Origin: Candidatus Methylomirabilia bacterium
Lineage (GTDB): Bacteria; Methylomirabilota; Methylomirabilia; Rokubacteriales; CSP1-6
DNA: 64,000 bases
Reading direction: 5' to 3'
Assembly: GCA_041497895.1 (NCBI GenBank)
Contig: JBGQHJ010000005.1
Span: 8,521-72,520, forward strand
A program made the position numbers and the translations under genes. The notes beneath the pieces were generated by a model. The model made no database searches. It saw nothing but the letters and a program-made list of their open reading frames with translations, and was not told the DNA's origin. The stretch's first letter is position 1. Each line of letters begins with the position of its first letter. This document shows, piece after piece, positions 48,497 to 63,802 of the stretch.

Positions 48497-50998
48497 ATGG
48501 CCCTCGACGACCGGCCGGAGCGCTACCCCTTCCCCGAGATCGAGGCCAGGTGGCAAAAGGCCTGGGCGGACGCCCAGCAGTTCAAGGTGAGCGAGGCCCC
48601 GGGCCGGCCCAAGTACTACTGCCTCGAGATGTTCCCGTACCCCTCGGGCCGGATCCACATGGGTCACGTGCGGGTCTACGCGATCGGCGATCTCCTGGCC
48701 CGTTACAAGTGGATGCGCGGGTTCAACGTGCTGCACCCGATGGGGTGGGACGCCTTCGGCCTCCCCGCCGAGAACGCGGCCATCGACAACGGGGTCCACC
48801 CCGCGGTGTGGACCTACGAGAACATCGACAACATGCGCACCCAGCTCAAGCGCATGGGCATCTCCTACGACTGGGACCGCGAGGTGACCACCTGCGATCC
48901 GGCCTACTACAAGTGGGAGCAGCTCGTCTTCATCCGCATGCTCGAGCGCGGTCTCGCCTACCGGCGACGCTCCCGGGTGAACTGGTGCCCCTCGTGCCAG
49001 ACCATCCTCGCCAACGAGCAGGTGGAGGCGGGCCGGTGCTGGCGCTGCGACTCCGAGGTCGTGACCAAGGAGATCGACGGCTGGTTCTTCAAGATCACCG
49101 AGTACGCCCAGGAGCTGCTCGACTGGTGCGACCGCCTCCCCGGCTGGCCCGAGCGGGTGCTGACCATGCAGCGCAACTGGATCGGCCGCAGCGAGGGGGC
49201 CGAGTTCGCGCTGCCGGTGGCCGGGCGCCCGGACGTGAAGATCCCGATCTACACCACGCGTCCCGACACCTCGTTCGGCATGACCTACGCGGTCCTGGCC
49301 CCCGAGCACCCGCTGGTCGACAGCCTCGTCCCCGACGCGGAGGAGCGCCGCGGGGTGGACGCGTTCCGGGCCGAGGTGGCGCGCGAGTCGGAGATCGAGC
49401 GCCTCGCCACCGACCGCCCCAAGCACGGCCTCCGCCTGCGCGCGCGGGCGATCAATCCGTTCACCGGGCGGGAGATCCCGCTCTTCCTCGCCGACTACGT
49501 GCTGATGGGCTACGGCACCGGCGCGATCATGGCGGTGCCGGGCGAGGACCAGCGCGACTGGGACTTCGCCAAGGCGCACGACCTACCGATCATCGCCACC
49601 GTGAAGCGTCCCGACGACTGGGCGGACGAGCAGGCGTACACCGGCGACGGGGTGAAGATCAACTCCGGCTTCCTCGACGGTCTCGGGATCGAGGAGGCCA
49701 AGCGCAAGGCGATCGACTGGCTGGTCGCGCAGGGGCTCGGGCAGGCCAAGGTCAACTTCCGGCTCCGGGACTGGGGCATCAGCCGGCAGCGTTACTGGGG
49801 CGCCCCGATCCCGGTACTCTACTGCGAGCGCGACGGCATGGTGCCGGAGCGGGAGGAGAACCTCCCGGTGGTGCTGCCGCGCGACGTGCAGATCAGCGGC
49901 AAGGGGGGCTCGCCGCTCGCGGAGGTGGCGGGGTTCGTGAACGCGACGTGTCCCAAGTGCGGGGGCAGGGCCCGCCGCGATACCGACACCATGGACACCT
50001 TCGTGGAGTCGTCCTGGTACTTCCTGCGCTACTGCTCGCCGACCTACGACCGGGGCATGTTCGATCCGGCCGCGGTGGCCTACTGGATGCCGGTCGACCA
50101 GTACATCGGGGGCATCGAGCACGCGGTGCTGCACCTGCTCTACGCCCGCTTCTACACCAAGGTCCTCCGCGACCTCGGCATGCTCAAGGTCGACGAGCCC
50201 TTCCACGCGCTGCTCTCCCAGGGCATGGTCATCAAGGACGGGGCGAAGATGTCGAAGTCGAAGGGCAACGTGGTGGATCCCGACGAGCTGATCCGTCGCT
50301 TCGGGGCCGACACCGCGCGCCTCTTCTCGCTCTTCGCGGCGCCGCCCGAGAAGGACCTCGACTGGAACGACCGCGGAGTCGAGGGCGCCTCCCGCTTCCT
50401 CAACCGCGTCTGGCGCTTCGTCCACACCAACCTGCCGGAGTTGAAGGCCGCTCCGCGCGCGGTCCCGGGGCCGGGGTCGGACGGGGGGCGCGCGTTCCGC
50501 CGGGTGATCCACGAGACGATCCGGAAGGTCACCCACGACATCGAGCACGATTTTCACTTCAACACCGCGATCAGCGCGGTGATGGAGCTCGTCAACGCGC
50601 TCCACGAGTTCGAGCGCGTCTCGCTCGACGGGATGCCGCGCGAGGAGCGCTCCGGGCTGCTCCGCGAGGCGGTCGAGGCCACGCTCCTCCTGCTGGGGCC
50701 GGTCTCGCCGCACATCACCGAGGAGCTGTGGGCCGCCCTCGGCCACACCCAGAGCCTGTTCAGGCAGCGGTGGCCCGAGCCCGATCCCGCGGCGCTGGCC
50801 CGCGACGAGGTGGAGATCGTGGTGCAGGTCGACGGCCGCGTGCGCAGTCGCCTGACCGCCCTCGTGGGGGCGCAGGAGGCGGAGGTGCGGGAGAAGGCCC
50901 TCGCCGACGACAAGGTGCGCCCGTGGCTCGACGGCCGCCGCATCGCGAAGGTGGTGGTGGTGCCGGGCCGCCTCGTCAACATCGTGACCCGTGGCTGA
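48497..50998 (+). CDS. leuS: Leucine--tRNA ligase
   Basis: MFPYPSG..HMGH, TTRPDT editing domain, KMSKS. Confidence 0.98.
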   Translation: MALDDRPERYPFPEIEARWQKAWADAQQFKVSEAPGRPKYYCLEMFPYPSGRIHMGHVRVYAIGDLLARYKWMRGFNVLHPMGWDAFGLPAENAAIDNGVHPAVWTYENIDNMRTQLKRMGISYDWDREVTTCDPAYYKWEQLVFIRMLERGLAYRRRSRVNWCPSCQTILANEQVEAGRCWRCDSEVVTKEIDGWFFKITEYAQELLDWCDRLPGWPERVLTMQRNWIGRSEGAEFALPVAGRPDVKIPIYTTRPDTSFGMTYAVLAPEHPLVDSLVPDAEERRGVDAFRAEVARESEIERLATDRPKHGLRLRARAINPFTGREIPLFLADYVLMGYGTGAIMAVPGEDQRDWDFAKAHDLPIIATVKRPDDWADEQAYTGDGVKINSGFLDGLGIEEAKRKAIDWLVAQGLGQAKVNFRLRDWGISRQRYWGAPIPVLYCERDGMVPEREENLPVVLPRDVQISGKGGSPLAEVAGFVNATCPKCGGRARRDTDTMDTFVESSWYFLRYCSPTYDRGMFDPAAVAYWMPVDQYIGGIEHAVLHLLYARFYTKVLRDLGMLKVDEPFHALLSQGMVIKDGAKMSKSKGNVVDPDELIRRFGADTARLFSLFAAPPEKDLDWNDRGVEGASRFLNRVWRFVHTNLPELKAAPRAVPGPGSDGGRAFRRVIHETIRKVTHDIEHDFHFNTAISAVMELVNALHEFERVSLDGMPREERSGLLREAVEATLLLLGPVSPHITEELWAALGHTQSLFRQRWPEPDPAALARDEVEIVVQVDGRVRSRLTALVGAQEAEVREKALADDKVRPWLDGRRIAKVVVVPGRLVNIVTRG

Positions 50999-51500
50999 GG
51001 CCCGGCGCGGTCTCGGGCTGGTCCTGGCCGCCGTCCTCCTGGCGGGGTGTGGCTACAGCACCCGCGGCAGCCTGCCCGACCACATCAAGACCGTCGCGGT
51101 CCCGATCTTCAAGAACCGGACCCTCGAGCCCGGGGTCGAGAGCGCGATCACGGCGGGCGTGGTCAACGCCTTCTCGAGCGGAGGGCGGGTGAAGGTGGTT
51201 CCCATCGACGAGGCCGACGCCATCCTGCAGGGCGAGGTGGTGGGCTACAGCCTCGACGGCCTGAGCTTCGACACCAACGCCAACGTGCGCGCCTACCGGC
51301 TCCGACTCGTGCTCAACGTGGAGTTCCGCGACGTGCGGCGGAGCGCGATGCTCTGGCGACAGGAGGGCCTGTCGGAGACGTCGGACTTCCAGGTCGCGGG
51401 GCAGGTGTCGGACACGATCGCCCGCGGACAGGGGGCCGTGCAGCAGGCCGCCGCCGAGATCGGGCGGAAGGTGGTCAACCTGGCGGTGGACCGCTTCTAG
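50991..51500 (+). CDS. lptE: LPS assembly lipoprotein LptE-like
   Basis: LAGC-GY lipobox; leuS-lptE-holA synteny. Confidence 0.85.
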   Translation: MAEARRGLGLVLAAVLLAGCGYSTRGSLPDHIKTVAVPIFKNRTLEPGVESAITAGVVNAFSSGGRVKVVPIDEADAILQGEVVGYSLDGLSFDTNANVRAYRLRLVLNVEFRDVRRSAMLWRQEGLSETSDFQVAGQVSDTIARGQGAVQQAAAEIGRKVVNLAVDRF

Positions 51501-52496
51501 GTGGACTACGCGGCATTCGTCAAGGCGGTCGACGCGGGACGGGTGTCGCCGATCACGCTGCTGCACGGCCCCGAGCCCTTCCTCCTCGACGACGCCCTCG
51601 CCCGCCTGACCCGCGCCCTCTTCCCCGGCCAGACCGAGCTCACGCTGGTCCGCGAGGTCCTCGACGCGCGCGCGGCGGGCGCGGAGGCGATCGTGCAATC
51701 GGCCCTCATGCTGCCGTGGCTCGGCGACCGTCGCCTCGTGATCGCGCGCGGGGTCGACGCCCTGGCCGCGAAGGCGGGCGAGCCGCTGGCCGCCTACGCG
51801 AAGGCGCCGAACCCGTCCACCGCGCTGGTCCTGGTGGCCGACGCCCCGCTCGACGGCGGGCACTGGCTGCTGCGCGCGGTCCCGCCCGCGGCGGTGGTGG
51901 CGGCCCCGGCGCCGACCGGTCGTGCGCTGGTCGGCTGGCTCCGCGCCCACGCGCAGGGCCTGGGCTACGAGCTCGGAGAGGAGGCGGCGGTCCTGCTGGT
52001 GGAGCTCTCGGGCGACGACCTGACCCAGCTGGTCGGAGAGGTCGAGAAGGCGGCGCTCGCGGGCGGGCCCGAGAACCGGCGCGTCGGCGCCGCGGAGGTG
52101 CGCGCCGTGGTCGGCGAGCACCGTCTGCGCCACGTGTTCGACCTGACCCGCGCGCTCTCCGCGCGCGACACCGGGACGGCGCTGGCCCTGCTCGAGTCGT
52201 TGCTCAACGCGGGGGAGGAGCCGCTCGCGGTGCTGGGCATGCTGGCCCGCGAGGCCCGCGCGACCTGGCAGGCCGCGGGCGCCCTGCGGTCCGGCCGCCC
52301 GGCCGAGGAGATCGCGCGGGCCCTGCGCCGCCCCCCCGCGGCGGCCGCGGCGCTGCTGGAGCGCGCGCGGAGCGTGTCGCCCGCGGCCGCGGCGCGGCAG
52401 GTGGCCCGCTGCTGGGACGTGGAGCGCCGCCTCAAGCAGGGCGGCGCGGCCCGTCCCGAGCTCTCCCTGCTGGTCGCAGATCTGTGCGCGGTCTGA
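51501..52496 (+). CDS. holA: DNA polymerase III delta subunit
   Basis: LLHGPEPFL, EVEK, VFDL, LKQG; synteny. Confidence 0.9.
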   Translation: MDYAAFVKAVDAGRVSPITLLHGPEPFLLDDALARLTRALFPGQTELTLVREVLDARAAGAEAIVQSALMLPWLGDRRLVIARGVDALAAKAGEPLAAYAKAPNPSTALVLVADAPLDGGHWLLRAVPPAAVVAAPAPTGRALVGWLRAHAQGLGYELGEEAAVLLVELSGDDLTQLVGEVEKAALAGGPENRRVGAAEVRAVVGEHRLRHVFDLTRALSARDTGTALALLESLLNAGEEPLAVLGMLAREARATWQAAGALRSGRPAEEIARALRRPPAAAAALLERARSVSPAAAARQVARCWDVERRLKQGGAARPELSLLVADLCAV

Positions 52497-53839
52497 TGGC
52501 GCGAGCGCGGTGCGCGCTCGCGGTCACCGCGCTGCTCCTGGGTCTCGCCCCCGCGCCGGCGCCCGCGGCCCCGCCCGCGCGCCTGCTCGCCGGCGCAGTG
52601 AGCGTGGTCGTGAACCTGCCCGAGGACACCCCGCTCGGCGGCTACGGCGGCTTCCCGCGCCGCGCCTGGATGCCGGATCTGATCGGTCGGTATCCCGACA
52701 CGTTCTGGTTCCGGCCTTCCACCGGCGTGCACGATCCGATCAGGGTCCGCGCGCTCGTCCTCGAGGCCGGCAGCGTGCGGGTGCTGTGGCTCGCGCTGGA
52801 TCTGGTCGGCATGGACCCCACGCTGCTCGCCGATCTGCGATCGCGGCTCGACCAGCTCGGCCTGCGCTACGGAGCGGTGATCGCGGCGGCGTCGCATACC
52901 CACTCCGGCCCGGGGGCCTACGCGCGCTCGGATCTCTTCGGTCTCTTGGCCCTCGACCGCGAGTCGCCCCGGGTGCGGGGCCGCATCTTCTCGGCGATGG
53001 AGGAGGCGGCCCGGCAGGCCGAGCGGCGCAAGCGCCCGGCCACGGTGGGAACCGGCTCGGGCGAGGTCGCCGGCATCACGGACAGCCGCGTCCACGGCCC
53101 GCTCGACCCCGAGCTGGGCGTGCTCAAGGTCATGGGCGCGGACCACCGGCCGATCGCGGCGGTGTGGAACTACGCCATCCACGGCACGATGCTCGGCCGG
53201 AGCAACTCCAAGCTCTCCGGCGACGTGATGGGGGACGCGAGCGCGCGGATCGAGGAGCAGCTCGGCGCGCCTACCCTGTACGTCAACGGCGCGGTGGGAG
53301 ACGTCAGCCCGCGCCAGCACGGCTGGGACGGGGTCGCCGCGACCGGGAAGCTCCTGTCGGCCGCGGTGCTCGCGCTCTGGCCCCGCATCGCGCCCGACCC
53401 CGATCAACGCGTGATGACCGGGGCCGAGACCGCGGCGCTGCCCGCGCCCGCGCTCGAGCTGCGCAACTGTCTGGGGCGGTGGATCCCGCGGGGGACGCGC
53501 CTCGGGCTCCACTCGGCCCTGCCGGCCGCCGCGGAGATCGCGGTGGTGAGCGTGGGGCGCAGCGCCTGGGTGACCATCCCGGGCGAGCTCGATACCCAGC
53601 TCGGGCTCGACGTCAAGACGGCGGGACGCGCGCGGTTCACGCGGACCTTCGTGGCGGGAGTGGCCAACGGCTACCAGGGATACTTCCTCGCCGCCCAGCA
53701 CTTCCGGACGCCGAGCTACGTCTCGTGCGGCAGCCTCTACGGGGAGCGGGGCGGGGAGATCGTCCGCGACGCCGCGATCGGCGCGCTCCGCGAGCTCGGC
53801 GAGCGGCGCGCGCCGTGGCCGGTCAAGCCCCTACGTTGA
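52496..53839 (+). CDS. Secreted neutral/alkaline ceramidase N-terminal-domain protein
   Basis: Signal peptide; LGGYG, HDP..VRAL, SHTHSGP, NYAIHGT, GAVGDVSP, PGE. Confidence 0.8.
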   Translation: MARARCALAVTALLLGLAPAPAPAAPPARLLAGAVSVVVNLPEDTPLGGYGGFPRRAWMPDLIGRYPDTFWFRPSTGVHDPIRVRALVLEAGSVRVLWLALDLVGMDPTLLADLRSRLDQLGLRYGAVIAAASHTHSGPGAYARSDLFGLLALDRESPRVRGRIFSAMEEAARQAERRKRPATVGTGSGEVAGITDSRVHGPLDPELGVLKVMGADHRPIAAVWNYAIHGTMLGRSNSKLSGDVMGDASARIEEQLGAPTLYVNGAVGDVSPRQHGWDGVAATGKLLSAAVLALWPRIAPDPDQRVMTGAETAALPAPALELRNCLGRWIPRGTRLGLHSALPAAAEIAVVSVGRSAWVTIPGELDTQLGLDVKTAGRARFTRTFVAGVANGYQGYFLAAQHFRTPSYVSCGSLYGERGGEIVRDAAIGALRELGERRAPWPVKPLR

Positions 53840-54083
53840 GCTTGCGGGCGAGCGCGGACTTGCGGCGGCCGGCGGTGTTGCGGTGGATGACCCCCTGGGT
53901 CACCGCGCGGTCGATCGCGCGGATGGCGTCGTGCACCGCGGTGGCGGACTCGGGTCCCTTGGCCACGAGGGCCTCGCGGGCGCCCTTGATGCTCGAGCGC
54001 ACCGCGCTCCGGACCCCTCGGTTGCGCAGCCGGCGCTTCTCGTTCTGCTTGATCCGCTTCCTCGCGGAGCGGGTGTTGGCCAC
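53823..54083 (-). CDS. rpsT: 30S ribosomal protein S20
   Basis: ANTRSARKRIKQ, IHRNTAGRRKS; AAGGAG RBS. Confidence 0.97.
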   Translation of the reverse strand: MANTRSARKRIKQNEKRRLRNRGVRSAVRSSIKGAREALVAKGPESATAVHDAIRAIDRAVTQGVIHRNTAGRRKSALARKLNVGA

Positions 54084-54161
54084 GGTGTTTCTCCTTTCAG
54101 GAGTGAGCGACACACGAGCCTACCGTCCGGGCCTCCGGGTGTCAAGGACGATGTCCCCCCG

Positions 54162-55769
54162 GTGAGCGACACCCCCGGGAGCCACGAGCACGTCCAGCGC
54201 GGGGTGGTCAGCGCGGTGGGCGCGATCGGCCTGGCCACCCTCGCGAGCCGCGTGCTCGGCTACGTGCGGGACATGGTGGTCGCCCAGGTCTTCGGTGCGG
54301 GGCCGGTCACCGACGCGTTCCTGGTCGCCTTCCGCATCCCGAACCTGCTGCGGCGGCTGCTCGGGGAGGGCGCGCTGTCCACCGCGGTGATCCCGGTGTT
54401 CACCGAGACCCTGACCCGGGGCGGGCCCGAGGCGTTCGGCCGCCTGGCGCGCGCCACGACCGGCGCCGCCATCGTGGTGCTCTGCCTGGTCTCGGCGCTG
54501 GGCGTGCTCCTCTCGCATCAGGTCGTCGCCCTCATGGCGCCGGGCTGGCGCGCCGACGCCGCGCTGTTCGACCTGGCGGTGTCGCTGACACGGGTGATGT
54601 TTCCGTACCTGCTACTGGTGGGGCTCGCCGCGCTCGCGATGGGGGCGCTCAACGCGCATCACCGCTTCTTCACCGCCGCGCTCGGTCCGGCGGTCGTCAA
54701 CGTGGCCATGATCGTGGCCGTCCTCGGGCTCGCCCACCGGATCGAGCCACCGGTGATGGCCCTGGCGGTGGGCGTGCTGGTGGGCGGCCTCGGGCAGCTC
54801 CTGGTCCAGCTCCCGGAGCTGCGGCGCCTCGGGGTGCCGCTCTGGCCGTCGGCCGAATGGCGTCATCCCGCGGTGGCCCGCATCGCCCACCGGCTCTGGC
54901 CCGCGGTGTTCGCGCTCGCGGCGGTGCAGATCACGGTGGTGGTCAACACCCTGCTCGCCTCGCTGCTGCCGGCCGGCACCGTCTCCTACCTCTACTACGC
55001 CGACCGGGTGATGGAGTTCCCGCTCGGCATCTTCGGCATCGCGCTGGCCACCGCGGCGCTGCCCAGCATGTCGGCCCAGGCGGCGCGCGGCGAGCTCGCG
55101 GGGCTGCGGGCGACCCTCGAGTTCGCGCTGCGCATGGCCGCCTTCGTCGCGGTGCCCGCCGCGGTGGGGCTCGTGCTCCTGGGGGGCCCCATCGTGCGGC
55201 TGCTCTTCCAGCGCGGTGAGTTCAGCGCCGCCGACGCGGTGCTCACCGCGCAGGCGCTGACCGGCTACGCGGTGGGGCTCCCCGCGTTCTCGGGCACGCG
55301 GATCGCGGCGCAGACCTTCTACGCGCTCGGCGACACGCGCACGCCGGTGCTCGTGGGGTTCGTCTCGGTGGCGGTGAACGTGGTGCTGGCCCTCCTCCTG
55401 ATGTGGCCGCTGCGCCACACCGGCCTCGCCCTCGCCTCGTCGCTGTCCTCCTACGTCAACCTGCTCGGGCTCTGCTGGCTGCTGCGCCGCCGCCTCGACG
55501 GGCCGCGCGGCCCCGATCTCTGGCGGTCGCTCGCCCGCACGCTCGCGGCCTCCGCGCTGCTCGCGCTGTGGTGCGCGTGGATGAGCGGGCTCGTGCCGGG
55601 CGTGCCCGCCCCGACGCACCGGGGGCTCACCTGGACGGTGGTGGCGCTGGTCGGCGGCATGGCGGTCTACGCGGCGGGCGCGGCCGCGCTCGGGTCGTCC
55701 GAGATCCGCGGGCTGCTCGGCATGCTGCGTCTCCGTCCGCGCACCTTGCCACCCGCGGGGGGCCGATGA
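54162..55769 (+). CDS. murJ: Lipid II flippase
   Basis: SRVLGYVRD, AFRIPNLLRRL.GEGA, YADRVMEFP; divergent from rpsT. Confidence 0.95.
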   Translation: MSDTPGSHEHVQRGVVSAVGAIGLATLASRVLGYVRDMVVAQVFGAGPVTDAFLVAFRIPNLLRRLLGEGALSTAVIPVFTETLTRGGPEAFGRLARATTGAAIVVLCLVSALGVLLSHQVVALMAPGWRADAALFDLAVSLTRVMFPYLLLVGLAALAMGALNAHHRFFTAALGPAVVNVAMIVAVLGLAHRIEPPVMALAVGVLVGGLGQLLVQLPELRRLGVPLWPSAEWRHPAVARIAHRLWPAVFALAAVQITVVVNTLLASLLPAGTVSYLYYADRVMEFPLGIFGIALATAALPSMSAQAARGELAGLRATLEFALRMAAFVAVPAAVGLVLLGGPIVRLLFQRGEFSAADAVLTAQALTGYAVGLPAFSGTRIAAQTFYALGDTRTPVLVGFVSVAVNVVLALLLMWPLRHTGLALASSLSSYVNLLGLCWLLRRRLDGPRGPDLWRSLARTLAASALLALWCAWMSGLVPGVPAPTHRGLTWTVVALVGGMAVYAAGAAALGSSEIRGLLGMLRLRPRTLPPAGGR

Positions 55770-55886
55770 TAGACTCCCTCATGCTCCTGGAGTTCGCAGG
55801 GGACGCCTCGGTGATGGCCCGGGCAGTACGAATCGGCCGACACCGGGGCCGTCGTTTTTGTCGCCTCCCCCTCCGGATGTGACCGC

Positions 55887-56885
<999 letters not shown>

Positions 56886-56886
56886 G

Positions 56887-61031
<4,145 letters not shown>

Positions 61032-61032
<1 letters not shown>

Positions 61033-62015
61033 TGGACCTTCGGGCGAAGCGGGCGCGCATCCTGGGCCTCGCCGAGCGGGTGCTGCGCCTCGAGGGCGAG
61101 AGTGTGCTCGCCCTCTGCGCGCGTCTCGACGACCGCTTCGTGGACGCGGTGGCCGCGCTCCACCGGTGCCGGGGCCGCGTGATCGTGACCGGCATGGGGA
61201 AATCGGGCCTGATCGGGCGCAAGATCGCGGCGACGCTGGCGAGCACGGGAACGCCCGCCTACTTTCTGCATCCCGCGGAGGGCGTCCACGGCGATCTGGG
61301 GATGGTGGCGCGCGAGGACGTCGTGGTGGCCCTCTCCAACTTCGGCGAGACCGACGAGGTGCTGGCGCTGCTTCCCGCGCTCAAGCGGCTCGGCATCCCG
61401 CTGATCCTCCTCACCGGGGCGCCCACCTCCACGCTGGCCCGGCAGGCCGACATCGTGATCGACGTGGGGGTGGCCGAGGAGGCCTGCCCGATGAACCTCG
61501 CGCCCACCTCGAGCACCACCGCGGCGCTGGCCATGGGCGACGCCCTCGCGATGGCGCTCCTGGATCTGCGCGGCCTGCGCCCCGAGGACTACGCGGCCCT
61601 CCATCCGCGCGGGAGCCTCGGGTGGAAGTCGCTCTTCAAGGTCGGTGACCTCATGCACACCGGGGAAGCGGTGCCCGTCGTCTCCGAGCAGGCCACGATG
61701 AAGGAAGCGATCGAGGAGATGACGAGCAAGGGGTTCGGCATCACGACGGTGGTCGACGACCGCGGCCGGCTCGTGGGAATCCTCACCGACGGCGACCTGC
61801 GTCGCCAGCAGCTCGCGCACGGGGCCGGCCTGCTCGAGCGCCGCGCGGGGGAATGCATGACCCGCGATCCGAAGGTGATCGGGGTGGAGGAGCTGGCCAC
61901 CAGCGCGCTGGCCCTGATGGAAGGGCGCATCACGAGCCTCGTGATCACCGACGACGCCGGGCGCCCGGCCGGGGTGATCCGGCTGCACGACATCCTGCTC
62001 GCCAAGATCGTGTGA
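61032..62015 (+). CDS. kdsD: Arabinose-5-phosphate isomerase (KpsF/GutQ)
   Basis: GMGKSG, HGDLG, APTSST, HPRG, two CBS domains. Confidence 0.95.
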
Positions 62016-62515
62016 CCGCCGCTCCCCGCGCCGCGCGCATCCGGCTGCTGATCCTCGACGTCGACGGCGTGCTCACCGACGGGGGGCTCCTCTACGGCGC
62101 TTCCGGCGAGGAGACGAAGCGCTTCCACGTCCACGACGGCCTCGCCCTGGTCGCCGCGCGCAAGGCGGGGCTCCAGGTCGCGGTGCTCTCCTCACGGGCG
62201 TCCGCCGCGGTGACCCGCCGCATGACCGAGCTCGGGGTCTCCGAGGTGCACCAGGGGGTGATGGACAAGGCGTCCGCGCTGGCGGCGCTGTGCGAGCGGC
62301 TCGGCGTGCCCATCAGCGCGGTCGCGATGATGGGGGACGACCTCCCCGATCTGGCCGCCATGGGCCGGGTCGGCCTCGCGCTCGCGCCCGCCAACGCGGT
62401 CGCCGAGGTCAAGCGCGTCGCGCACTGGGTGGCGCACCGCCGGGGCGGCGACGGCGCCGTCCGCGAGGCGGTGGAGATGCTGCTAAGGGCCCGCCGAGCT
62501 TGGCCCCCGCGCTGA
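62012..62515 (+). CDS. kdsC: KDO8P phosphatase
   Basis: DVDGVLTDG, GDDLPD, GGDGAVRE. Confidence 0.95.
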   Translation: MTAAPRAARIRLLILDVDGVLTDGGLLYGASGEETKRFHVHDGLALVAARKAGLQVAVLSSRASAAVTRRMTELGVSEVHQGVMDKASALAALCERLGVPISAVAMMGDDLPDLAAMGRVGLALAPANAVAEVKRVAHWVAHRRGGDGAVREAVEMLLRARRAWPPR

Positions 62516-62568
62516 CCGATCCCTAGGCTGCTTCTTCCGTTGCCTCGGCTGTGGGTCCTGTGCTAGCG

Positions 62569-62584
62569 TGGCACGGAGATTGCT
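62569..62584 (+). promoter_or_regulatory. Sigma54 (-24/-12) consensus site
   Basis: TGGCACGGAGATTGCT matches TGGCACG-N4-TTGCW. Confidence 0.7.
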
Positions 62585-63187
62585 ATGAGGAAGGCTCCGT
62601 TCATTATCCTGACGCTGGTCGTGGTATTCCTATCAGTAGTGGTGGGTGTGCTCGTTCATCGGGCCCGGGTTCCTCGGGCGCTGCCCACCGAGCCCGCCTC
62701 GACCAACGCCGACTACCGGTTGAAGCAGGTCCACTTGCAAGAGCAGGGCCGGGACGGCTCGCGCTGGCAGCTGGACGCCGAGTACTCCGAGACGTTCGAG
62801 GAGCAGAACAAGACGACGATGAAGAAGGTGACCGTCAGGGTGGACCAGCCGGCCAAGGGCGATCAGGCGACGCGATCGTGGACGGTCACCGGCGACGAAG
62901 GCGACCTGAACCAGGAGACCAAGAACGTGGAGCTGCGGGGCAACGTGGTGCTGGTCTCGAGCGACGGGCTGAGGCTCGAGACCGACCGCCTTCGCTGGGA
63001 CGCCGAGGCCCAGCGCGCGTGGACCGACGATCCGGTGGTGATCTACCGGGCGGGCGCGGTCGTGCACGGCACCGGCTTCGAGTCGCGCGTGGCCGAGGAG
63101 GTCAGCAGCATCAAGGGCCGCGTGCGCGCGACGTTCAAGCGCGGCGCCGGTGTCCCCGTCGACGCGGGCCGGAACGGGCGCTCCTGA
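62585..63187 (+). CDS. lptC: LPS export protein LptC
   Basis: N-terminal TM anchor, beta-jellyroll pattern (L.GNV, LETD.L.WD); synteny. Confidence 0.88.
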   Translation: MRKAPFIILTLVVVFLSVVVGVLVHRARVPRALPTEPASTNADYRLKQVHLQEQGRDGSRWQLDAEYSETFEEQNKTTMKKVTVRVDQPAKGDQATRSWTVTGDEGDLNQETKNVELRGNVVLVSSDGLRLETDRLRWDAEAQRAWTDDPVVIYRAGAVVHGTGFESRVAEEVSSIKGRVRATFKRGAGVPVDAGRNGRS

Positions 63188-63789
63188 TGCGACGGATGAT
63201 GGTCGGCGCGCTCGCGGTCTGGACGGCCCTGGTCCTGGCCGGCCCCGCGTGGGCCCAGGGTGCGCCCGCGCGGCCGCGCCCGCCGCGCCCCTCGTCGACC
63301 GCGCCGACTACGCGTCCGGACGGGGCGGCGTCCGCCGACGGGCGGAACGGGCCGGTCACCGTCGACGCCGATCAGCTCGAGAACATCCAGAAGGAAGGCC
63401 TGGTCGTGTTCAGCGGCAACGTGGTGGCCACCCAGAACAGCTCCACCCAGTGGGCCGATCGCATGGAGGTCTACCTCGACGACAAGGGCGATCGGATCGT
63501 GCGCACCGTCTCGACCGGCAACGTGCGCATCATCACCCGGGACTGCCGCAGCGGCACCGCGAAGCGGGCCGAGTACTACGACGCCGAGCAGCGGGTGGTG
63601 CTGATCGGCAACGCGCGGGTCTGGCGCGACGACAACGTGGTGACCGGCGAGCGGATCACGATCTATCTCGCGGAGGATCGGAGTCTGGTGGAGGGCGGCC
63701 AGCAGGAGCGGGTCAAGGCGGTCTTCTACCCCAAGACCCAGGACGAGACGGCGGCCCGCCCCAAGCCGGTCGCCGGCCAATGCCAGTGA
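63187..63789 (+). CDS. lptA: LPS transport periplasmic protein LptA
   Basis: Signal peptide, VDAD, FSGNVVA, L.GNA, G.RI; synteny. Confidence 0.9.
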   Translation: MRRMMVGALAVWTALVLAGPAWAQGAPARPRPPRPSSTAPTTRPDGAASADGRNGPVTVDADQLENIQKEGLVVFSGNVVATQNSSTQWADRMEVYLDDKGDRIVRTVSTGNVRIITRDCRSGTAKRAEYYDAEQRVVLIGNARVWRDDNVVTGERITIYLAEDRSLVEGGQQERVKAVFYPKTQDETAARPKPVAGQCQ

Positions 63790-63802
63790 GGACGCGAAGG
63801 AT

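Noticed and set aside
61340..61345. KdsD SNFGET instead of the usual SNSGET
   Set aside because: Single TCC>TTC-type difference that could be polymorphism or error; cannot be assessed without reads
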